Shown: in pieces, positions 22,015 through 30,679 of the stretch
Layout of the letters: the number at the start of each line of letters is the position of its first letter
Position numbering within the stretch: position 1 is the stretch's first letter
Virus record (IMG/VR): IMGVR_UViG_3300044974_000700
Coordinates: 1 to 64,000 of that record
Source: a virus
DNA length: 64,000 nt
Direction: 5' to 3' (one strand)
The notes under the pieces: generated by a model
Databases searched by the model: none
The model's input: only the letters and a program-made list of their open reading frames with translations
Told to the model about the DNA's origin: nothing
Program-made: the position numbers and the translations under genes

Positions 22015-22731
22015 ATGTTAAAACGCTCGAAAGATAGAAAGGTCGCTAATGCCGTCTCCCCTAATGGAAAAACCCCAACAATTGCCAACACTTTTGGATT
22101 GCCTGCTGGAAAGAATTTCTCGTGTCCTGGTGCCACAAGTATTTGTGAAAGCGTATGCTACGCAGGAAAACTTGAAAAAGTCTACAAGGGAGTAAAAGCC
22201 GTACTCTTACACAATTGGGAATTGCTACGCAATGCAGACCATGACACTATGGTATCCCTAATTGATAGCATGATTGTGGAATTCAAGGCGGAATGCGATA
22301 AGCGTTCTGCAGATAAACTATTCCGCATTCACTGGGATGGCGATTTCTTTAATGATACTTATGCATATGCGTGGAAGACAGTAATCGAAAGCCATAAGGA
22401 TGTTCAATTTTGGGTATATACTCGTGTCTCTTCTGCCGCCGTCATTCTAAAAGATATTTCTAACCTATCTCTTTATTATTCTACCGATGATGAGAATAAA
22501 GATATTGCTGCAGGCCTACGCAATGAACACGGTACACGTCTTGCATATTTAGGAAAAACTTTTGCAGTCACCGAAACTACTATGAAAGAATTAACGGGTA
22601 AAGTGGGTGCAAAGTGTCCTGAAAATAATAAATCAATTCCGCTAATATCTACTAATGGTAGCGCATGTGTATCATGCGGATTGTGTGTATTTAATAAAGC
22701 AGATATTCGATTTTCTGCAAGCAAAAAATAA
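22015..22731 (+). CDS. Gp88-like protein (radical-SAM-like Cys motif)
   Basis: CPGATSICESVCYA, FRIHWDGDF, FWVYTR, C-terminal CP...CVSCGLC. Confidence 0.75.
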   Translation: MLKRSKDRKVANAVSPNGKTPTIANTFGLPAGKNFSCPGATSICESVCYAGKLEKVYKGVKAVLLHNWELLRNADHDTMVSLIDSMIVEFKAECDKRSADKLFRIHWDGDFFNDTYAYAWKTVIESHKDVQFWVYTRVSSAAVILKDISNLSLYYSTDDENKDIAAGLRNEHGTRLAYLGKTFAVTETTMKELTGKVGAKCPENNKSIPLISTNGSACVSCGLCVFNKADIRFSASKK

Positions 22732-22924
22732 GATCGGCAGCGAAAGCTGCCCGCAAGAACTGTGGGGGCGCCGAGCTCTTTACGTCAAGTCCAAAACACC
22801 CCTGGATTTTGTGATAATGCTCACAGATGTCCAATTTGCCCCATCTTACATCTAATCTATTGCCAAATGTCGGTGGGGTAGTGTATAATTCAGATTCAAT
22901 CTAACAATGAAAGGAAATAAATTC

Positions 22925-23935
22925 ATGGCTCACAACCTAGAAATGAATGGCAACGATGTTGCTTTTGCCCTACGTGGCACACCTGCTTGGCATAATCTTG
23001 CCAATCGTATCTTCTCACAAGATGAAGACGTATCAACTCAACTAATGCTAGATGAGGCTAAACTTTCCAATTGGGATGTTCGCTTATCTCCATTATCCGA
23101 TTTTGTTCCTGCTGATTGGAATGAAACTTCAGATTCACAATTAGTTATTAGAACTAATCCATTTACAAATGGAACTGATGTTTTATCTACTGTAGGCTCA
23201 CGATATAAAGTGGTTCAGAATGAAGAACTATTTTCATTCGCTGATAATATCCTAGATGGCGATTCTCGCTGTGCTTGGGAATCTGCTGGTTCATTAAAGA
23301 ATGGTAAAGTCGTTTTCGGCTCCCTTACTGTTCCCCGTGAAATGGTATTAGACCCACAAGGTGCTAACGATACAACAAAATTGTATCTAATCGTTTGGAC
23401 ATCTCACGATGGTTCTGTCGCTGTTCAAGCAGCAATCACGCCTGTGCGTGTTGTATGCCAAAACACTTTGAATCTCGCAATGCGCTCTGCTAAGCAATCT
23501 TTCAAGATTCGCCATACTCAGACCGCTGAGGGTAAGATTCAAATCGCTCGTGAAACTCTTGGTCTAACTCTTGGATACTTTGATGCGTTCGAGAAAGAGG
23601 CTCAGGAATTGTTCAAGTCAGAAATTACTGATAAGCAATTTTCTGAACTTATCAAGACTATTTATCCTAAGCCTGCGGAAGATGCTTCCAAATTGGCTTT
23701 AACTAAGTGGGAGAATAAAGTTGTCTTGCTTGATGACCTTTATCATAATTCTCCAACGAATGCTAATATCAAGGGAACTAAGTGGGGCGCATTCAACGCT
23801 CTAACTGAACGCCTTGATTATTTCCGACCAACTCGGAAAAATAATTCAGAATCTAAGTGGGCTTCTGCTTCAGGTTTTGACCCGATTATTACTGCTGAGA
23901 AAAATAAAATTCTTCAAGTTGTAAAATCATTCTAA
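22925..23935 (+). CDS. DUF932-family phage/plasmid protein
   Basis: PAWH, YKVVQNEELF, ESAGSL, SHDGS, PVRVVCQNT, IRHT, GTKWGAFNALTE. Confidence 0.85.
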   Translation: MAHNLEMNGNDVAFALRGTPAWHNLANRIFSQDEDVSTQLMLDEAKLSNWDVRLSPLSDFVPADWNETSDSQLVIRTNPFTNGTDVLSTVGSRYKVVQNEELFSFADNILDGDSRCAWESAGSLKNGKVVFGSLTVPREMVLDPQGANDTTKLYLIVWTSHDGSVAVQAAITPVRVVCQNTLNLAMRSAKQSFKIRHTQTAEGKIQIARETLGLTLGYFDAFEKEAQELFKSEITDKQFSELIKTIYPKPAEDASKLALTKWENKVVLLDDLYHNSPTNANIKGTKWGAFNALTERLDYFRPTRKNNSESKWASASGFDPIITAEKNKILQVVKSF

Positions 23936-23940
23936 AGAAT

Positions 23941-23960
23941 GGGGCCCCGCAAGGGGCCCC
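23941..23960 (+). terminator. Intrinsic terminator
   Basis: GGGGCCCC-GCAA-GGGGCCCC followed by a pyrimidine tail. Confidence 0.65.
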
Positions 23961-24114
23961 TCCTCTTTGATCTAATTTGACAAAGCTGCAAAACGCCCGC
24001 AGAAGCTAAAGGCAGAAAATGTGTTTTACGTCACATTTTAAAAATCCTCTAAAACCCTGGACTTTTGTCAGTGAGGTCCGCTATAATACTCCACATAACA
24101 ACGAAAGGAATAAA

Positions 24115-25571
24115 ATGGAAACAGTAACAAATGATATGTATAACCCACATTCATTGGTAACTCTTAAGAAGATTATCAATACAGAAAGCGGAGATGTACA
24201 GTTTGAACTATATAAGGTTACAGAACTAGAATCAGTTCTAGATGAAATGACTCGTCGCAATAATCTTATTTCACAACGTATCGAAGCACAAGAAAAACAA
24301 ATTGGTCAGATTATAGATAACTTAACTGCACAGGGTTGGTATAACCCTAATTATGAGAAGTCAGAAGTTTTGTCAGACCTATGTGATATTCTTGGCCATG
24401 AACCAAAGCAAGAAATTCGTATTACTGCAACCGTGCAGGTTGAAGTTGTATATGACTGCCCACTTGATGAGGTTGAAGACTTTGACGCAAGATATTTCTT
24501 GCAAGATGTACTTACAGTTGATGCATATAATGGAGATGTCATTGTTGAGTCATTCGATGTTGAAGATGCGGACGTGAACTGGTAATGTATTATCAATTAC
24601 AGGCACCCACTAGCGCAGCCTGCAAGGCTGCCTATTGGGAGGCAGAGTTTTCAGGGCTTGACCCATATTGGCTTGAATCTAATGTATTTGAATTAGGAAC
24701 AGGAAGCATTGAAAAAGTTTCTGCCTTGATTTCCAAATATAATCTTGATATACTAGTTGAATCAGATTATCAACCAACTGGTTACACAAGGAGGTAGTAT
24801 GGATTACAAAGACGGTTTTGAAGACGGAGTTAAGTTTACTCGTGAAGTCATCATTGCTAATATTCGTAAATGGGCTGAGGATTCTATTCTTGGAGAAGAA
24901 GGAGCAATTATGGATAGCATTGCAGATAAAATCGAATTTGGGACATTAGACAATGACCTCTGAGGATCTTACAATAGAATGGATTAAATGTGATTCTTGC
25001 TCTGCCCGTGCAGCTTGGGTTGCACGTGGTACTAGTGGTGAGCTTACATTTTGTGGACACCATTTAAATAAGAATAAGCAGGCCCTTGACAGTTGGGCCT
25101 ATGAAATTATAGAATTGGGTAAAGAAGAACTACCTAAAAAACAAACTAGACGAAAGGCGGTACAAAATGGGTGACAGAGCAAACTTTGTATTTGTTCAAC
25201 CAAGCGGAGAAACCATTGTTTTATACGGACACTGGGCAGGACATGGCATGTTAGAAAAATTAGGTGAGGCTGTAGCAAAAGCACAGCCACGCTGGACGGA
25301 CCCTTCATATGCTACACGAATTGCTATCAGTCAAATGATTGGCGACGGATGGGGCATGGAAACTGGATGGGGCCTGCAGGTCAATGAGATATCTGATAAT
25401 GAGCACAAGATTCCTGTGATTAATTGGATAGACCAAACAATGTCTCTGCATGAAGAGGATTCATTCTATAACGAATCTAATAAGGTCCGTGGAATGAAGA
25501 ACGACGCTATATTTACCATGGACTTGAGAACGTTTGTAGAGAAATACACAGACGCCAAGATTTTGGTATAA
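24115..25571 (+). CDS. Hypothetical early ORFs (24115-24585, 24585-24797, 24799-24963, 24953-25174 with CDSC/CGHH zinc motif, 25167-25571)
   Basis: Translationally coupled ORFs with RBS. Confidence 0.7.
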
Positions 25572-25578
25572 TATTAAT

Positions 25579-25701
25579 AATGAGGTGCCGCTACTAGCGA
25601 TTCCGCAAGTGGTTAACTAAAGCAGCGTTTACTTAAATTCCTTTCGTTTGGCTAGCAGCCTCATGTTAATAGGGCCCCTGGAATCCAGGGGCCCTTCCTT
25701 T
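25579..25701 (+). ncRNA. Candidate trans-acting sRNA containing the antisense of the early-gene leader
   Basis: Own TGGTATAAT at 25564-25572; closing stem ATGAGG/CCTCAT plus GCTACTAGC/GCTAGCAGC; TTCCTTTCGTT at 25638-25648; terminator GGGCCCCTGG/CCAGGGGCCC at 25672-25694. Confidence 0.55.
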
Positions 25702-25866
25702 TGCCCGTAGTTTGTGAGGGTAGCAAAAGCTTGTTACGTTGTCAAGCCAAAATCCCCTAAAATTGTGAGGTTTTGATCACAAACCTTACACTACATGTGA
25801 GGTTTATCATATAGACATTTGTCAGTGGGTGGATGTATAATAATGCCAATAACGAAAGGAAATAAT

Positions 25867-26616
25867 ATGCCAAACTGGGTATATAACGGATTAACTATAG
25901 AGGGAAATCCACAATTAGTCAATACATTGGTAGCACAATTAAATAAGCCATTTGTTCAAGTTCATGATTCATGGAACATGGAAAATGGTCAAATGGAAAA
26001 AAAGCAAACTACATATCCTAATCCTGTATTTGCATTTCATAATATCTATAATCATTTACAAGCAAGTATTACTGAATATGAATATCTTCAGCAACCCGAC
26101 CATAAATTACCAATTGCAGAACAAATGAAATTTGCAACAAATGATTGGTATTCATTTAATGTTCGTGAATGGGGAACAAAATGGGATGTTGCTGTATCTT
26201 CAGATAATGAATATCCTGATACATATATTGAAGGACCTACTCCTAATGGAGAGAATCTAGTTGTATATTATAATTTTAATACTGCTTGGTCTCCACCGTT
26301 CCCTGCCCTTGCAAAATTATCTGCACAATATCCAGCATTACTACTTACACTTAGTTATGAAGAAGAAACAGGTTGGGGTGGTGAATGTGAATTCCTACGT
26401 GGTGAAATGATATCTAATTCAGAATATGAAAGCATGTGTCGTGATTGTGAAGCAACAGATACATTAGATTATTGTGAGAATGACTGTGGCCAAATCTGTT
26501 CTAAATGTAATTGGCTTGGGGAGGCAGACCTAGAATGTGTCAAAGAATGTCAGACCCATAAGATATACTTGGATTCCGAGCATGTCCCTGATTATAGAAT
26601 GGAGCAAATCAAATGA
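25867..26616 (+). CDS. DUF1281/YubB-like ferredoxin-fold protein
   Basis: MPNW, WY..N...WGTKWD, FNTAWSPP; Cys-rich tail. Confidence 0.75.
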   Translation: MPNWVYNGLTIEGNPQLVNTLVAQLNKPFVQVHDSWNMENGQMEKKQTTYPNPVFAFHNIYNHLQASITEYEYLQQPDHKLPIAEQMKFATNDWYSFNVREWGTKWDVAVSSDNEYPDTYIEGPTPNGENLVVYYNFNTAWSPPFPALAKLSAQYPALLLTLSYEEETGWGGECEFLRGEMISNSEYESMCRDCEATDTLDYCENDCGQICSKCNWLGEADLECVKECQTHKIYLDSEHVPDYRMEQIK

Positions 26617-27809
26617 GTTTCCTAGAAGAAGCCAACATTAACCAAATGGTTATTGATTATGAGATACAAGTAATATCAGAACATCTATTTGATGAATGGA
26701 TGAATTCTAATTTAGATGAAGGTTCATTTTATGCAGATTATCAATTTGCAGTAATGTGTGATTCTAAAGAGATTAAACAAGCATTTAATCAATTCTATAA
26801 TTTAAAGGAGGATGATGAACATTATGTTGGGTTATAAATTAAAAGATGTAGAAGAAATGGTTGAAGGTTTATTGAATGTACATGAATCTTTACCTGATTC
26901 TAGGAATAAAGAAGAAGTTTGGTTAGCCGCCGACTTTTTAATTGGATTAATGGAAGAGGGGCATGTTCAATAATGGAATCAGAATACATTCGTAGAACTG
27001 GTCAACTGAAAGAATATATAAAGCTCCATATAATTAGTTTGGAACAAGACTTAGAGGGAATTGCTGAACAAATGGAAATGCTTGACCCTGAATCTAAGGA
27101 ATGTAAAGAACTAGATTTTGAATATAATCATTGGAGTGGGCAATTGCTTTCTGCCCGCCACATTTTGTCAGTGGCAGAGGATATACTAGGATGATGTACA
27201 CAACTGAACTACCAGACAATCTACAGAAACTTGTCGACATGAACATCCCTGGAACCGATATCTTGCACGGTGAACTTAAGTGGCTAATGAAAGAGGCCGA
27301 AGAGCAACTGGAGTTGGCACAGGAGGCAGAGAACAAGACTGGCGAAGCCATGGATTCCATGGACCGCAAATATTGGGAGGGACAGTTAGACGCTCTCTCA
27401 CATGTATATGCATTAACATACCAATTAGCATTTGCAATAGACGAAAGGACAAAAGCACGTGGCTGAATTAGATCTAAATAAACTATATAACGATATGGTT
27501 GATATCAATGACAGGATTACCAAACTTCCTGTATTCCCGTCCCTTGGCTGGGTATGGACCTTTGACATCTTAAAAGATATCTTTGATAACAATCATGAAG
27601 ACGGTATGGCTGAAGGTGACATCATTGATGAGGTCGTTCCTACTGCAGTTACCTTACAACAAATCTTTAATAAGTTCTACGAAGACATCGACAAGTTGGA
27701 CCTTAACATGGACCAAGGTGGCGAAATGTTGGAGGAGACAATCAGAGACTGGATGAGAGACAACGACTTCCTCGTTGCTCTAGACGAAGACGGGTGGTTA
27801 GATGACTAG
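26613..27809 (+). CDS. Acidic hypothetical ORFs (26613-26837, 26973-27194, 27191-27466, 27459-27809)
   Basis: Coupled ORFs; 26973 and 27191 products share a (Y/H)W.GQL motif. Confidence 0.65.
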
Positions 27810-28122
27810 AAAAGACTATAAGGTATTTGGGGACAAGTTGTCCAAGTACTATGTAACAATCAATGCCGAGTCCCCTGACATTGCGTGGGAGGCGGCGGCA
27901 GGCATGGATACACATCAATGGGAACAGGTCCCAACTGATTATATAATCGAACCATATGCAGTAGAAGAAATATAATAGATCTATGAGCTTTGTCTTGAAA
28001 TCGGACATTTCGGACAAAAGCTATGGGCAAAGGGCCCAAAAAATGCTTTACGCAGGTATTTACAAATTCGTGGAAATCTGCTAAAATATACATTAATAAC
28101 TGATCATGAAAGGATCAAACAA

Positions 28123-28272
28123 ATGACTACACCAACAACTACACGTGAATATCTAAAGGCCCAGGGAATTACCGTGGGCAAGCGTGGTCGCTTCTCAGCT
28201 GCAGCAAAGAATGCAATCTCAGAGGCTTCTAAGAAGGGCGTTGTCTTCTCAGACAAGAAGAACGTCAAGTAA
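28123..28272 (+). CDS. Stand-alone Lsr2-type DNA-binding domain (49 aa)
   Basis: MTTPTTTREYLKAQGITVGKRGRFSAAAKNAI..., matches Lsr2 C-domain RE....G..V..RGR; GAAAGGA RBS. Confidence 0.7.
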   Translation: MTTPTTTREYLKAQGITVGKRGRFSAAAKNAISEASKKGVVFSDKKNVK

Positions 28273-28370
28273 CAATAGATGTGGTCCCCTGCAGCCTCTG
28301 GTGGGAAAACTGGGAGGGTTGCGGGGGATTCACCTTTTTGATATAATGCTAACAAAGAAAGGCGGACACA

Positions 28371-28700
28371 ATGGCAAAATCATCAGAAGAAAAACTAGCA
28401 GAGAAAATCACAGACGAACTGTCTAATCATTATTTTAATGTATCAGTTCTAGCAAATGTCCTAACTACTTATTATCCTATTTATACACAAGATAGGTTAA
28501 TGGAATTAGTTAAATATATCATCAAGTATAACTCTATTCGGATGAAATCCGAATGGGAAGCCAATGAAGTCACCAGCGACGGATTATTGTTGGCGGATGC
28601 TCTAAATGATTTAATAGAAACCCTAAGACCTGAACCTCCACTAGTAATAAATCAAAGAATAAGAGATTCCAAATATCTAATGGATTTGGATAGCTTCTAA
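28371..28700 (+). CDS. Hypothetical protein
   Basis: AAAGGCGG RBS; TGATATAAT upstream. Confidence 0.65.
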   Translation: MAKSSEEKLAEKITDELSNHYFNVSVLANVLTTYYPIYTQDRLMELVKYIIKYNSIRMKSEWEANEVTSDGLLLADALNDLIETLRPEPPLVINQRIRDSKYLMDLDSF

Positions 28701-28726
28701 TTAAATAAATATATCTAGCCCAATTA

Positions 28727-29110
28727 GCACATATAACTTTAAATAGTTATATGTGCTTTTTGTTGTGCAAAATTATGGGCCAAATATTCTTTTTACGACA
28801 ATTGATCAAAATCGTGGAAATTTCATATCATATCGATCAAAATCTGTCAATAATATAACAGAATGTTATATAAATGTGACAAAATTGATCAAAATCATGT
28901 GGGCCAATTTGATCATTTACGAACAATTTTCAAAAATCGTGGAAATTTTATATGAAATCTATTGACAAATATTGATCAATATGCCACATTTGACATTACG
29001 GCGTATGAAATGATATGCTCAATTACTCATATATCTTTTTGTTATAAATATGATAGTAATTGCTAGATAATTAATAGCATAATTCTCCACTTTGCTCCAC
29101 AATTCTCCAT
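28727..29110. repeat. AT-rich non-coding region with short iterated motifs (TTGATCAAAATC, AATCGTGGAAATTT, CTCCAC)
   Basis: Repeats at about 28802, 28833, 28885, 28933, 28972; hairpin GCACATATAACT/AGTTATATGTGC at 28727-28756. Confidence 0.65.
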
Positions 29111-29180
29111 TTTAAAATAGCCAGAATGGCCTATAACAGGAGATAAATTGGAGGGGGATGATAGGAGGTCTACTTTGGAT

Positions 29181-29459
29181 TTATTTGCCTAGAATCTGCT
29201 TTATAAGCTCTATTGGCGTAGTTGGATCTTCATCTGGTAGTGAACCATATTTATGTAATAATTTAAGTAATATGCCAGCTATGAATACATCATCTGAATA
29301 TGCCATCCATGGGAATAATATATCAAATAAGTCTATAGGTACTAATATGTATCCTACACACGCCACCGCCACAATTTTGACCCATATTGGAGATCTATTA
29401 AATTGATCTTTATAGGGTCTAATTATTTGGCGAAATGGGGTTCTATTTTTGCGTTTCAC
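29181..29459 (-). CDS. YkvA/DUF1232 membrane protein
   Basis: YILVPIDL.D..FP...YSDD. Confidence 0.7.
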   Translation of the reverse strand: MKRKNRTPFRQIIRPYKDQFNRSPIWVKIVAVACVGYILVPIDLFDILFPWMAYSDDVFIAGILLKLLHKYGSLPDEDPTTPIELIKQILGK

Positions 29460-29613
29460 TTAATCCCATAAATTATATGCATATTCAGGACTATTTAAAC
29501 TAATCATTCTAGACTTGTTACATGGACATGGTGGAGCTTTATGTATCTTATCTTCTGGTAATTCAGTCTCTATTGTTAATAATGTCTTACATTCCTTACA
29601 TTTAAACATATAT

Positions 29614-30213
29614 TTAGTCATTGTTATGTCCTTTGTTAAATAATCTATCTCTAAATTGGTTGACTGATTTAAAGATTTTATCCTCTACTACATAATCTAA
29701 ATGCGAGTAATCAGATGGCTTTTTCTTATTATTCATTCTAAAAAATATCATTTTTACATATTCCCCGTCTTTAAAATTTTTAATTGGTCTCCAATGTATA
29801 TTTTCATTGGCATTAAATACTATGGCTGAGTTATCCTCTAGTGGGTATACTTCTGTTCCCACCCCTAAATCCCAAGAAGTATTTGCTTCCCATTGATAAT
29901 CAAAAACTAGATCCTTATCGTCATGATCAAAGTGTGCTGGTAAATTTGGTTGACCAAATTTATTGTTATATTCTACATATGTAGCATTAGCAAAATCTAA
30001 ATTTTTATTAAATAAATTTACTGAAAGCATGGATATTTTATTTTCTATACTTGGTGGCAAGTTATTTAATTCTATTTTTAATCGACCAAGATTTGGGTCT
30101 TCCCCTGCTTGATCTGAATCTATAATACATTGACGAATAATTTCAATATCTTCTAAATTAAATAGATTTTGAATTTTTTCAATCTGTGTCATCTTTTTTA
30201 TTAAGCCATCCAC
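29614..30213 (-). CDS. 2OG-Fe(II) oxygenase-like protein
   Basis: PNLPAHFD, W.L, IHWR. Confidence 0.7.
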   Translation of the reverse strand: MDGLIKKMTQIEKIQNLFNLEDIEIIRQCIIDSDQAGEDPNLGRLKIELNNLPPSIENKISMLSVNLFNKNLDFANATYVEYNNKFGQPNLPAHFDHDDKDLVFDYQWEANTSWDLGVGTEVYPLEDNSAIVFNANENIHWRPIKNFKDGEYVKMIFFRMNNKKKPSDYSHLDYVVEDKIFKSVNQFRDRLFNKGHNND

Positions 30214-30679
30214 CTATATTGGGATCTTTTAAACCTGGTTCTATTCCATTAGGGTATTTACTATAGAATACTCCATCAGCTTCCCGCCCCGCTTGTTCTA
30301 CAACAAATCCATTTTCACGATCAAACATAACATAATCTAGTTCTTGTACATCAAAGTATTGCTTGAATATTCTTAGTGCCTTATGAAGGTCAAGTGTTCC
30401 GCATGTATAAAGATCAAATTGAACCAGTCCTGGGTCTATTTCATCCCAGATATGAAATGCAATATGGCTTGTTTCAATCATAACGACTGCGGTTAAGCCT
30501 TTATTGCCATCTGCATCTACGTAAGAAGCAAATGGGCCCTTAATTATTTTCATATCAATCTGATTGACTAGGAATTTAAGAAATTCAATACCCTGTTCTT
30601 CGGTATTCATTGGGTTCTTTACTTTAGCGTTAACGAGTAAATGCTTATGGTATATCATTAAGATGTTCCTTACATACAA
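30179..30679 (-). CDS. speD: S-adenosylmethionine decarboxylase proenzyme
   Basis: HLLV, GLTAVVMIETSHIAFHIW, FDLYTCG. Confidence 0.8.
   Translation of the reverse strand: MYVRNILMIYHKHLLVNAKVKNPMNTEEQGIEFLKFLVNQIDMKIIKGPFASYVDADGNKGLTAVVMIETSHIAFHIWDEIDPGLVQFDLYTCGTLDLHKALRIFKQYFDVQELDYVMFDRENGFVVEQAGREADGVFYSKYPNGIEPGLKDPNIGGWLNKKDDTD

Larger units (their letters stand above)
19747..25747. repeat. Dispersed ~45-bp element GCCCGCAA(A)GACTGTGGGGGC-N4-AGCTCTTTACGTCAA (19747, 21899, 22748; degenerate at 23994, 25702; inverted at 18084-18121)
   Basis: Visible sequence similarity among intergenic regions. Confidence 0.8.
16844..25811. promoter_or_regulatory. CRP-type boxes TGTGA-N6-TCACA (perfect at 16869, 17146, 18048, 18541, 19810, 22810; near-perfect at 16844, 17431, 18182, 25796)
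   Basis: Read directly from sequence; all at or near gene boundaries. Confidence 0.8.
16919..27187 (+). promoter_or_regulatory. 17 PafBC/RecA-NDp-type promoters TGTCRG-N10-TANNNT (starts 16919, 17475, 17644, 18236, 18850, 18975, 19864, 20170, 20753, 20979, 21970, 22868, 24066, 24371, 25820, 26548, 27166)
   Basis: Invariant 10-nt spacing to a -10 hexamer; all on the plus strand, mostly just upstream of an RBS. Confidence 0.85.

Noticed and set aside
16800-28100. CRISPR array or mini-array suggested by recurring motifs
   Set aside because: The repeats are degenerate, irregularly spaced and separated by ORFs; they resolve into promoter, operator and RBS motifs.
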